Of a stretch of DNA of 64,000 nt, positions 20,001-26,091 are shown one piece after another. A program made the translations under genes and the position numbers. The stretch covers positions 124,001-188,000 of the forward strand of contig CAZCME010000006.1 in the NCBI GenBank assembly GCA_964499705.1, read 5' to 3'. This stretch comes from an uncultured bacterium. Its GTDB lineage: Bacteria; UBA8481. Each line of letters begins with the position of its first letter. Position 1 is the first letter of the stretch. A model generated the notes under the pieces. The model had not been told where the DNA came from and did not search any database. It worked only from the letters and a program-made list of their open reading frames with translations.

Positions 20001-21446
20001 ACGACGCTCCGGGATTCCAACATGTCGCTCTTCGGCGGATATGGCTGGAACGGAGCCTACATCCAGTATCCGTCCTGGTCGCCGGACGGAAACAGGATCG
20101 CGTTCACAGTCGTCTACCGCAACAACGGCTTCGCCGGGCCGAGCGACACCGCGGAAATCTTCGTCCTCTACAACCTGGGCGGCATCACGACAACGCCCAT
20201 TCCTTACCAGCGGTTCGGCAATGTGACGACGCTCCCTGCGACGACCAATCCCTACCTTGTCAAGGTGACAAGCGCCGATTCGATCCTCTTCGCTTGGCAG
20301 CCTCAGTGGAGCCGGGATGGGTCGGCGTTGTTCTTCAGCGGCAACAACAACTTGAATTTCGATTACGAGGTCTTCAACCAGACGGAGAATCCTCACAACG
20401 CCATCGGCGCCACGGGCGTGGACTTCAATACTTACATGGTCTACTACGACAAGGCGGCGGAGACGGTTCCGTACCGGCCGATCCTTGTGTCCCACGAGCC
20501 GAGCGTGGACGAGATCGCCGGCGAGATGTCCGCCACCGGCGAATCGCTCGCAATCATGCGCGCGCCCTCGCCGAACTACGAGGAAGTCCGGACTGTCCGG
20601 GTCGCAACGCAGGCGAACGTGACGACGTCCGGCGGGATCCTCTTCGATTCCGGCCGCGTCTCCGTCGTCATCCGGGAAAATGAGAGCTTCGGCAACGGCT
20701 TCACGATCTCCGGCCACACACCGGACACCCCGACCGCTCCCGGCAACGACTCGATCATCATTTCCGGTGTCGCCAAGCGGTTCTTCAATCCGGACACGCC
20801 GACAGCACCGGTCTACTTCCCTGAATCCGTGGTCGTTTACCTCTATTACAAGAAGCAGCACTTCACCGATACCGATCTCATCGGCTACGACGGCGACGGG
20901 GACGGTATTCCGGACCGCACGGAAAATTCCATCGGAGCGTACTACTGGAACACCGCGAACTGGGTTGCCTATCCGACCGTGCGGTTCCCGGCGGAGAACA
21001 AGATCCAGTTCTGGACGGATCACTTCTCGACGTATGCCGCCGGGCTTCCGATGGAAGCCCGCGCGATGGCGTTCGGCGGGAGCGTCAACGACGTGATCGC
21101 GTATCCGAATCCATGGCGCGCGGACGGCGCGACCGCGGGCCTGGCGTCGACGGACGAACGATACGGCATCAAGCTCACACGGATGCCGGGTCCGGATGTG
21201 CGCGTGCGGATCTACACCATTAACGGCGAGCTCGTGAACGACGCGACGGTGAACGCGGCGAACGGCACCTCGAACAATTCGTCGCTCCGGGTGACGGCCG
21301 CGATCGTCAACGACGGCACCGTCGGCGGAACCGTCTCGTGGAATCTGCGGAATCAGCGAAACCGGGAAGTGGCCTCCGGCGTCTTCTTGATCGTGCTGGA
21401 GGGCCCGGGAGGGAAAGCCGTCCGAAAAGTGGCGGTGATGCGATGA
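8070..21446 (+). CDS. Giant (4458 aa) secreted surface protein: signal peptide, FlgD-Ig-like, NHL propeller, many Ig-like repeats, PD40/TolB-like propeller, ZU5-like HFS domain, T9SS-CTD/FlgD-Ig-like C-terminus
   Basis: Signal peptide ending AHA. NHL repeats (LSGPTGIATDSAGAVYVV; FQNPGAICIDTDGYIYVFD). Recurrent DxNxNG and DxYGN motifs. YPSWSPDGNRIAF and WQPQWSRDGSALFFS. TDHFSTYA. Ends VIAYPNPW...VRIYTINGELV...WNLRNQRNREVASGVFLIVLEGPGGKAVRKVAVMR. Confidence 0.9.
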   Translation: MKNRRLGATFFGLIFLTIALFLHSAPAHASGDDRTISSIRITPDNVFDNDTTAPYSDSAIYIRINIAGANVGGDEDPDGEGGQRVEIENSATGEIVARIISTESQNVAAALMFWEGHGDTQRANADTLPYGTYVIRAYQSMRDFNSGDIVDVESVDGIYIDRPGDMHVSSTGILTWVNTGTNPGIVQVALNDPTQDNPTFIKRLILDTATTGLANNDYAYGLTVNSQGYIFLSDNYCTNTSRTRIIKYDTAIPMTELVDPKGRSWYDTSGGYIDEIYGLGICDQPGPWFDTIYAATASGIAGGGDGGAVECILMLRDTGTKGYTFRTSNNTADDYYDVAPMETQLPSQKSDSCVFAIDYLNNEIDSFRFTPAADVIYQELDANVPKNMKGGIWTYGNSFYWTAYEDLDSFAKHGKNRQSLYTITDPKLDGAVSICVWYDSTTNDTFVIVGAQIANEISIWKEAADGLSATYVRSIREDDYRLSGPTGIATDSAGAVYVVSRTSLSVKKFDRDGIFVPLSGAPNGRFLQGRDATTDLSDTEGFQNPGAICIDTDGYIYVFDQVSGFSGAAVIKRFAPDGTPDDTTWFNLRYSVPGLAWNGEITMAIFANSNIFGLSRENDGRLFRVGLGKDSTFKNAVTTPAIDRDLLSLSYGPYFDRTLPNRFFASALYVFTDQFRIRVYTTDINQELVGLAGTSGEITVTQDYPWGGSPNIPQPFLVDNFGQIYMMPDDDNLTSFPLRIYNGADSFSQFGANATFGYTFNEGSGILQLSDPRQAVWADNAGVYQLNGATGRYEQSFWVNDSTNNRLRKLLLAWNDVATTTVDIAKSEDSPRISSATLEERDSSGALAACALIDGIYYVNAGVCTMSVNFNHVCAYKYSPDTPTIQIKPTGGSFTRINQDSIFWNGVNFRCTFVVTSAMQDGDVQIRTEDFYDTTFSVRYQDPNPDQTDYDLSDFFKSFYIDQTGPSMTMTTPPSAGDTTALSTYNVGGTITNEVTGLDANIIFSNYTALTGGTEFDSISTIADALDGTFAGTLDLQSPAPSNNYIQVTAVDVLGNRSVLSPRRLVIRQKNVGNAGIAPNSETIVASPRRYLITYSAAQALSNDTLRFTMPSAWSQPQKNNDLTEGYVTILEGPSAYTDSSFSSQSVTVTGVTRSIGENIRLVYGDSTSAGGGGNQTALAKSTTDAPLDDNSNTFLVELQQVGETTFTTVSPASGLTLTVPLRDSSAAIAIVETGPRGNAVLTDSVVISKGAETKVMQLRFYNSNVGAHANRVSSLVMTVESDTGASVTWVNTASQLRVINTNEGTTFATATTLPASNSLTINPSGFTIDQSATRDMEFWITMSPSATPDTVRFYLSSLSAITIVDSASSKSLSTVEQETKFVGLRTGEYDIIGLAAADTLYVGADTDALTPTDVSTRQQNRRIMDFSFRNDTPYVDTPVNSIRVDKLILTVRDSYGTGIIPARILKGIRLQDATTSTSYGGVDTPSIPYVGDTVALQLSGLVISSGGTVNTKLLVDIVNDTVSPDSFRIFLDSPATSAQDSRIIAKDQISQFSVKILDELGDPDDFKFQTAGIKIIRRGRVNIAYWTLLQTDSSVVPGTIVAGSQFFLALHCTATPTQGPVRVIPSDTDIKVTNQGRNVTSQFTFDALTPEFTLTAGSADTIYWGVVQNLGDTTGTLVFQFSDTGGAGSTSADTRPRFFDAHDYDGADAIRAESLNETRTVSVTFTSQSLVTTTHTLDTTYANAAETAVPILHFSIKNNQGTARRLDSVVVEAISPDSAIRLVRLYHDGKTTDTGTLKRSDSPYAIAGFDTLVSTDTLMVSDSSVILRCSVTIGAGRTESFFIAFDFDNVVNDNDTFDARIPASGLRTVQEAFYPTSLVNSAGSGRLEVVANRITITPDSQTVAVGSSPNITLKAVDEYGNLDNAINYETGTQGHNVQVQVSCTEVLPPGDSSFSITGTSGMTSVTPTPAATGISSISGRLTSGQGQVTIRDTSAETVAITLSSTLIDSTAAIQFANLITVSAVNLASADSASPDSRAFQVAKFRVVNQSGQNDVVKTVGIRSLNANDAHINAVILYRDDNGNEAIDSGTDLTVATGNFTSGFVTFDNLDALPLDIFDQDSELFMVGYNVSTTVSDAALLDAQVDTVVITSSSANIASTLNSTPNRRTDVKVIKLSLSPTSGTNGTGVSVVASVAAVDTYGNTDIHYNGGTGIIWDLTGSAFWQSATLTAGYTIGPGGGLPDNTQIKGTLQSGQATLTFTDNSAETPILTVQTSPGLTATHDSGTFVFQQGYLGTAIGADNITVNPGDTNIVLLAFNLSANGVSDSPASFSFVWGSSADTRQIRNLRLFTDLDNAGGSTSDDTFSASADTRYAEAVSIVGTTCTFVAVYTNDTKYLASGGNRSYYLVADIADTAIGGDTLDMEIPQAYIATHTQIPNVPLAVRNSAGNCTVARVPDTFRIGTIATSDRQASEDQTEIVSMTLRFSSPSAADRKFYVETVALQVEGLTGGKVPSSVIRRVKLRNQGSGTIYADTTSVPAAGDSIVVKIPFDTANPLAIGGATPETVVIDVVLQIASTVTNNDTFRLRINGFDTNSFRVFDHKTNVLSPKDQKGNVSGLYGAAAPILGSVVTVQKQALVTQQAIRITDPSGNDITYPTSITQGEQFKVELGLRASAGRADAQVKSADTDLTFYRANGITDITNEFTIASRTHSTLTTITAGTVDTITYTVAQGAPFSGANETLVINNYLLSDTGPYLQDYNSNADGVKLRIYAVEDAVSTDAVRIDSTYASVSVVTLAANNIAPDSQGTRIFGFKITDGGPRDTMTGIRVHLATPSLAPMIKSVWIAIDTNKNGSYDSVATGGDTYFGAVQNFLTSDTVFFIDTFRLYGSGDTREFWVCINLETAGITDSVQIRVEIPIDGIGFRGASADQDSIPKTLLTSSVLMRTIIVATRIVGNPDSQTIAVGAGATITITMEDTYGNRNIRTTNYAQATTSCLIRDTWGPIAGGTSYDSKSARWTSTTLTSQSPASLPTPADNYDTLVTGKPTAGIATVTMTDTATETVVIVFSATGISDMRCTVAFNADPNVTAVTLSNLGKVSPDSTDAVILQMDVAYPFTLTTVDSIYLVSENTFDTSIKRLRLWVDSNQNGSFSSATDSNIDTAAWSAGGCSFLVNRNWVKPATISTQRLFVTAEMETSPQNDNDSIGCRIERGGIRLNPPAFPNGFFPPTGELDSINTDTQNQIIDVDATQTNGLLQILHPGQQNKDIPFTLSIRACDKNGNVDRVFTTLGSSSAKDVTFSASPAGFTINSTSMTETVPLPASTMRARFLRGFDTITITPSLADTITLTADVHTQYPADTTITIVVVAGGWSVTAMSLSDGQFVAADSGQVVSRVVFKNLDVSTDTLTRIDVADLGNLICNTDVTNVGLWADKNVNNTFDTGTDTFLGNTTFTATETAVFDIVRPIGSLKAETYFIVVSIAAAPAGSAGDTINIRYVTQTCSTARFGRIPTADVTHTDSVSYSVPSTGNLFAYARSVPDANATSGADNVLVGSFFVRNTRSNADSIQTIVVKNDTGAHPDTGIRVKIFIDGDSDGVYDGVGVDTPFGSAGLFVNRVFSRTDSARIGLSGDTVGFLVLFDLSDTLTVDSQYLRVYIDTGGFTAFVTNGSSDTGESVLLRSSGTVKTNLVGTVFLGESVLVSAGSAAATDTVFVSVAVRDTFGSPLTGRAVTLYAYGSTILTTNPVVTDTQGYAQYAITSATAAVISCTVAIDTGSPPSAKPAATGYANFISLLAVGDTQFTSNTQHATITGVNRKHLTAPSFDSANPNNMAYGYYENSNYRIYGGTFPAAPAAIVSSAGVPGIGLDAPAPTWTSNPKVRYIKGVAGAVVLFGGFSTDTHFGSELYYRQLDGGGVTTRISPNDTRSGTSNLNFDTDAEFDQFDVSPSGETIVCSYTGQLAWWRAVGSAFNPGADSRTFQFVTTLRDSNMSLFGGYGWNGAYIQYPSWSPDGNRIAFTVVYRNNGFAGPSDTAEIFVLYNLGGITTTPIPYQRFGNVTTLPATTNPYLVKVTSADSILFAWQPQWSRDGSALFFSGNNNLNFDYEVFNQTENPHNAIGATGVDFNTYMVYYDKAAETVPYRPILVSHEPSVDEIAGEMSATGESLAIMRAPSPNYEEVRTVRVATQANVTTSGGILFDSGRVSVVIRENESFGNGFTISGHTPDTPTAPGNDSIIISGVAKRFFNPDTPTAPVYFPESVVVYLYYKKQHFTDTDLIGYDGDGDGIPDRTENSIGAYYWNTANWVAYPTVRFPAENKIQFWTDHFSTYAAGLPMEARAMAFGGSVNDVIAYPNPWRADGATAGLASTDERYGIKLTRMPGPDVRVRIYTINGELVNDATVNAANGTSNNSSLRVTAAIVNDGTVGGTVSWNLRNQRNREVASGVFLIVLEGPGGKAVRKVAVMR

Positions 21447-21471
21447 GGAAAAACAAGCGCGAATGCGAATG

Positions 21472-21502
21472 TTGGGATTTGGGATTTGGGATTTGGGATT
21501 TG
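21472..21502 (+). repeat. Heptamer tandem repeat (TTGGGAT)x4
   Basis: Read directly; intergenic between the giant gene and the PorV-like gene. Confidence 0.95.
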
Positions 21503-21516
21503 ATTTATTCACCTTT

Positions 21517-21532
21517 GTGTAAGTTTTTACAC
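21517..21532. promoter_or_regulatory. Palindromic candidate operator GTGTAA-N4-TTACAC
   Basis: Perfect 6-bp inverted repeat upstream of the PorV-like gene. Confidence 0.4.
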
Positions 21533-21585
21533 GCGACTCGTCCGCGCTATTCCCAAGCCCCTTATGGTAAGATAGGGATGGTGTA

Positions 21586-22707
21586 ATGACCCGAACAGGC
21601 CGAAAATCAAGGATGATGCGCCGAATGCCTCCATCCTATCCTCGCGCTTCCGCAATCGCTCTGGTTCAACCTCAACATGCATGGTTCCTCTTCCTCATCG
21701 CGATGATACTCCTCTTCGCGTTCCTGCTTCCATCCCGGGCGGCCGACATCTCGTCACAGGCCGGAACGAAAACCGGAACGTTTCTGAAATTCGAACCGGG
21801 CGGACGGCAATCCGCGATGGGAGGAACCTACGCCGCGTACGGCTCCGACGTCTTCGCCCTCTGGGGCCAGCCCGCCGCGCTCGGTTCCGCTCCGCGCGCC
21901 TGGCAGGTCGGATTCCAGCACGCGGAACTTTTCCAGGGAGTCACGCAGGAATATCTCGGCATCGCCGGAGGTTTCGGAGATCGTTCGCGAGTGGGCCTCG
22001 TCGTCAACACCGTCGGCATCGACGATCTGCTTCGCACGACGGAAAACGCGGGTGGACAGTTGACCGGAACGGGCGGCACGTTCGGCGCGCGCGATCTCGC
22101 CGTGGCGTTGAACTACGGCATCCAGATGAGCGAGTACATCACATTGGGCGCCGCGGCGAAATACGTCGGCAGCGAGATCGACGATGTCCGCGCATCGGGA
22201 TTCGCGGCGGACTTCGGAGTCCAGATGCGGCTCCGTAATATCGAGGACCTGACGATCGGCGCTTCCGTCACGAATGTCGGCACGGGCCTCAAGTTCATCC
22301 GGACGCGCGACGACTTCCCGACCACATTCCGCCTCGGCGCCGCGTATCGCATCCGCTCCATGAAACTTCTCCTCGCCGCCGACGCCGTGAAGTCGCTCGA
22401 CCGGGACTTTGACGGCGGAGTCGGCGCGGAGTGGCGTCCCGTCGAGATCCTGAAGCTCCGGGTCGGTTATCGCACCCAGGGCGACGATGTCGGCGAAGGA
22501 TTGACCGCGGGCCTTGGCGTCAATCTTGCCGGCCTGGAGATCGACTACGCCTACGTTCCCTACGGTGTCCTCGGCGATGCGCACCGCGTCAGTGCGGCCT
22601 ATCTCTTCGGAGGCGGGCGAGAGAATATCGAGCCGGCCGGGAGCGCCGCTCCGGAGACACCCGAACCTGTCCGCGCGTCGCGAGTCAGGGTGTTGAAGCG
22701 CCCTTAA
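21586..22707 (+). CDS. PorV/PorQ family (UPF0164) outer-membrane beta-barrel protein
   Basis: Signal peptide, then GTKTGTFLKFEPGGRQSAMGG...FALWGQPAAL, alternating beta-strands and EIDYAYVPYGVLGDAHRVSAAYLFG. The true start may be a later Met (21613-21625). Confidence 0.85.
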   Translation: MTRTGRKSRMMRRMPPSYPRASAIALVQPQHAWFLFLIAMILLFAFLLPSRAADISSQAGTKTGTFLKFEPGGRQSAMGGTYAAYGSDVFALWGQPAALGSAPRAWQVGFQHAELFQGVTQEYLGIAGGFGDRSRVGLVVNTVGIDDLLRTTENAGGQLTGTGGTFGARDLAVALNYGIQMSEYITLGAAAKYVGSEIDDVRASGFAADFGVQMRLRNIEDLTIGASVTNVGTGLKFIRTRDDFPTTFRLGAAYRIRSMKLLLAADAVKSLDRDFDGGVGAEWRPVEILKLRVGYRTQGDDVGEGLTAGLGVNLAGLEIDYAYVPYGVLGDAHRVSAAYLFGGGRENIEPAGSAAPETPEPVRASRVRVLKRP

Positions 22708-22721
22708 CGCGTAAATCCACC

Positions 22722-22751
22722 TTGACCGGTCCTATTTTCCACTACTATAAT
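22722..22751 (+). promoter_or_regulatory. sigma70-type promoter
   Basis: TTGACC-N18-TATAAT, 14 nt before ATG 22766. Confidence 0.6.
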
Positions 22752-22765
22752 TCGACGAGTTTCAT

Positions 22766-24169
22766 ATGAAACTGCTTTTCCTACAACCCACATATTACCA
22801 CGATGCCGAGTGCAAGGACGTCTACAGCCTTGTGCCTCCCATCAGCCTTGCCGCCATGGCCTCCATTGCCCAGAAGCGCGGCCACCTCTGCCAGATCCTC
22901 GACATCATGGGCCGCGACACCCTGCTCAATAAGGCCGTCAACACGTTCTCCCCCGACATCATCTGCGTCACCTCCTTCACCACCAACTACCGCGACGCCG
23001 TCATGCTCATCAAGAGGCTCCGCAAGGAATACAACTTCGACGGCAAGATCATCTACGGCGGCGTGCACGTGACGCTCGAACCTGAAAAAAGCGTCAACCA
23101 GTGCGGCGCGGACATTCTCGTCGTCGGCGAAGGTGAAGAAACGTTCGAGGAACTCCTGGATGCCATCGAAAACAACAAGGACCTGACCCAGGTTCCGGGA
23201 CTCTGCCTTCCCGGCCACGGTCGGACCGCTCCGCGCCGCTACCTGAAAGGCCTCGACGAGCTTCCCCGTCCCGCATACGAGCTCCTCGAATCGGGCAAGA
23301 ACTCGCCCTACTCCACATCCGTCATCTTCGTCGAAGTCCATCGCGGTTGCCCTTACACCTGCTCGTACTGCTCCTCCAAATACCTGTACGGCTCGACTCT
23401 GCGGGCCCGTTCGCCCCAGAAGGTCTCGGAAGACATCCGCTACCTGAAGGAAAATCTCGGGATGAAGGAATGGGAGCCCGTCTCCGACACCTTCGTCTTC
23501 AACCTCGTCTGGCTGAAGGAATTCGCGGAGCTCGTCGGTCCTCTCGGCATGCGCCATCGCGCGAACGGAAAGTTCAACGTGATGAAGGAGGAGACGCTCG
23601 ACTATCTGAAGCAGAGCGGATGCTACCAGGTGGACTACGGCGTCGAGTCGGCCGTTCCGAAGGTCCTGAAAAACATCGACAAGTTCACGGACATGAAGGT
23701 CGCGGAGGAAGTCATCAAGATGACCGCGGACAAGGGCTTCGACGTGCACCTGTACTTCATGCTCTCGCTGCCCGGCGAAACCTACGACGACATGATGACG
23801 ACGCTGGATTTCGCCAAGCGTATGAAGCAGGCTTACGGAGCCTCCACCGAGTTCCAGATCACGCGCATCTACCCCGACACGCCTTTGAAGACGATGTGGG
23901 CGCAGGAAGTGGAGGACTGGACGGAGATCCGGCATCCGAATCTCCCCTACCCTTCGATCCCGGCGTATTACGAGCTCGATCCCGACCGCGTCTTCGAGAC
24001 ATGGAAACAGGCGTGCGCGGAGATCAAGTCGCGGACGACGCTGGAGCACCTGAAGAAGACGATCCCGGAGATGTACCGGTCCGCGCGGAGCCCTCAGCAG
24101 TTTGTCTACCAGTTCTCCAAGCGCGCCACGAGGAAAGCGCTTCAGTGGATCGAAACACGGTTGGCCTGA
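22766..24169 (+). CDS. B12-binding radical SAM protein (class B methyltransferase-like)
   Basis: PPISLAAMAS, IIYGGVHVT, VVGEGEET, HRGCPYTCSYC, YGVESA. Confidence 0.92.
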   Translation: MKLLFLQPTYYHDAECKDVYSLVPPISLAAMASIAQKRGHLCQILDIMGRDTLLNKAVNTFSPDIICVTSFTTNYRDAVMLIKRLRKEYNFDGKIIYGGVHVTLEPEKSVNQCGADILVVGEGEETFEELLDAIENNKDLTQVPGLCLPGHGRTAPRRYLKGLDELPRPAYELLESGKNSPYSTSVIFVEVHRGCPYTCSYCSSKYLYGSTLRARSPQKVSEDIRYLKENLGMKEWEPVSDTFVFNLVWLKEFAELVGPLGMRHRANGKFNVMKEETLDYLKQSGCYQVDYGVESAVPKVLKNIDKFTDMKVAEEVIKMTADKGFDVHLYFMLSLPGETYDDMMTTLDFAKRMKQAYGASTEFQITRIYPDTPLKTMWAQEVEDWTEIRHPNLPYPSIPAYYELDPDRVFETWKQACAEIKSRTTLEHLKKTIPEMYRSARSPQQFVYQFSKRATRKALQWIETRLA

Positions 24170-24170
24170 A

Positions 24171-25979
24171 GTGCAGATCGCCCCTCCCAAGGAACAACGC
24201 ATCAACATCCAGGAGCTCCTGAAGCCGCAGCCATCTCCAACGCGCGCTCCGTTTCCAAAGCCCGCGCGCGTGGCCTTCGTCCACACGCCGAACCCGATCT
24301 ACGCCGACACGCAGAACTACGGCGCCCAGTTCATGCCCGTCTGGGCCTACACTCTGGCATCGCACCTTCCTGAAAACGCCTACGACCTGCGTTTGTACGA
24401 CACGCGTCTGGAGCCGATCGAGACCGTAGCGGAAGCCGACATCTTTCTCTTTTCAGGCATCAACCAGGACTTCGGAGCGATCGTCAAGTTCCAGGAGCTC
24501 CTGAAAGGGAAATACCCCGCCGCCGTCTTCCTGATCGGAGGACCGATCTGCTGGAGCTTCCAGATGGCCGGCGACATCGACAAGCTCGGGATGTTCGACC
24601 ACATCTTCGTCGGAGACGGCGAGGACATCATCGCGCCGATTCTCGAATGCATCGCCAACGGCCAGGTCTTCGAGAAAGTGATCAACAACAAGGAACGCTT
24701 CAAGATCAATGAAGCCCGCCCCTTCTTCCGGCCGTTTCTCGATTCGACCGTCCGACGCTACTATGGGGCCGTCCTGGAAGTTTCGCGCGGCTGCCCGTTC
24801 CTCTGCGAATTCTGCGACATCCGCATTCTCCCGGACAACAACCGCGCGCACAACAAGCCCGCGAACATCATCGTCAGCGAACTGGAGCATCTGCACAGCC
24901 TGGGCGTGCGGCAGATTCTCCTGGCGTGCGACAACTTCATCGGCGACCTGAAATGGGCGGAAGAAGTCGTCGACGCGATCGTCGCATGGGAAGAGCGTTC
25001 CGGCGCCCGCCCCAGCCTCTACACGTGGCTGACGATCAATCTGAATAAATATCCCACGCTCCTGACGAAGATGCGCAGGGCCGGATTCGACATGCTCTTC
25101 ATCGGCATCGAAAGTTTCTCCTCGAATTCACTTCTCGAGACGGCAAAGGTCCAGAATACGGCATCCGACCTGACCGCGGCGTGCCGTGAAATCCAGGCGT
25201 ACGGATTCATCATCGTCGCGGGCCTCATCTTCGGCTTCGACTCCGACGGTGACGAATGTTTCGACGTGACGCTCGACGGGCTCCGCGACAGCGGTCTCAT
25301 TTCCGGCGACCCGTCTCTCCTGACCGCGCTGCCGGGGACTCCGCTCTATCGCCGCATGAAGGAATCCGGACGCCTGCGGCAGGTGCGATATGGATTGGGC
25401 GGATACAAGTATCAGACCAACATCAAATATCTGATGCCGAAGGACAAGATCATCGGCGGCTACGAATACTTCGTGAAGAAGTACAACGACGGCGCGTATC
25501 AGTATGGCCGATTGAAGACCATGTTCGACGGTTTCGAGACAGGCAAGTTCGTTCCCCTGGAAGCGACCGGTTACGGCGATCCTAAGCGTTTCGCCACGAT
25601 GGTGCTGCGGAATCCGGCCGCCATGTTCCAGCTCGCCCAGCGCCTCATCCGCTTCCTCAAGACTCCGGGTAATCTTATCTATTCGATCAAGGGATTTCTT
25701 CTGATGTTGGCCAGGCGCCGGCGCATTAAAAACGCCTATAGCTACTTTCAGTTCTGGCTCTTCGCCTGGACGAACACCGTCCTTAAGTACGCCTACCTGA
25801 CCGGCAAGGATTTCGACATCGAGTCCGTCGACGCGGGCTTCGACATGCGAAAGGTTCTGCCCGAACACTACGAGGACTCCGCCGACGAAGAGATCCCCGA
25901 CGCCAAAATCGCCGCGCAATTGCGCTTCACAACCAAGCAGCTGCGAAATCTCGTGGCCTCCAAGGCCGGAGCAAAGTAA
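24171..25979 (+). CDS. B12-binding radical SAM protein, DUF4070/HpnP-like family
   Basis: SRGCPFLCEFCDI, DNFIGD, FIGIES, GLIFGFDSD, LTALPGTPLYRRMKESGRL. GTG start at 24171 just after the upstream stop. Confidence 0.88.
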   Translation: MQIAPPKEQRINIQELLKPQPSPTRAPFPKPARVAFVHTPNPIYADTQNYGAQFMPVWAYTLASHLPENAYDLRLYDTRLEPIETVAEADIFLFSGINQDFGAIVKFQELLKGKYPAAVFLIGGPICWSFQMAGDIDKLGMFDHIFVGDGEDIIAPILECIANGQVFEKVINNKERFKINEARPFFRPFLDSTVRRYYGAVLEVSRGCPFLCEFCDIRILPDNNRAHNKPANIIVSELEHLHSLGVRQILLACDNFIGDLKWAEEVVDAIVAWEERSGARPSLYTWLTINLNKYPTLLTKMRRAGFDMLFIGIESFSSNSLLETAKVQNTASDLTAACREIQAYGFIIVAGLIFGFDSDGDECFDVTLDGLRDSGLISGDPSLLTALPGTPLYRRMKESGRLRQVRYGLGGYKYQTNIKYLMPKDKIIGGYEYFVKKYNDGAYQYGRLKTMFDGFETGKFVPLEATGYGDPKRFATMVLRNPAAMFQLAQRLIRFLKTPGNLIYSIKGFLLMLARRRRIKNAYSYFQFWLFAWTNTVLKYAYLTGKDFDIESVDAGFDMRKVLPEHYEDSADEEIPDAKIAAQLRFTTKQLRNLVASKAGAK

Positions 25980-25989
25980 GTCCGTTTTT

Positions 25990-26088
25990 TAACCACGAAG
26001 GCACAAAGACACGAAGGGAAAAATCATTTTCATTTCAGCCCACGCGTAAATCCTTATAAAACTTCGTGTCTTTGTGTCTTCGTGGTTA
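25990..26088. repeat. 27-bp inverted repeat with 45-nt spacer (MITE-like element or bidirectional terminator)
   Basis: TAACCACGAAGGCACAAAGACACGAAG (25990-26016) and CTTCGTGTCTTTGTGTCTTCGTGGTTA (26062-26088), one mismatch, between convergent genes. Confidence 0.85.
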
Positions 26089-26091
26089 GCC

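Noticed and set aside
9051-21512. Long antisense ORFs over the giant gene (e.g. 10194-11876, 15609-17663, 19626-21512)
   Set aside because: These are shadow ORFs from high-GC codon bias. They are Arg/Gly/Val-rich with no motifs, and the plus-strand protein is coherent.
22707-26053. 12-bp direct repeat ACGCGTAAATCC (22707 and 26042) bracketing two radical SAM genes
   Set aside because: It could be a target-site duplication, but a single 12-mer match can arise by chance and no mobility gene is present.
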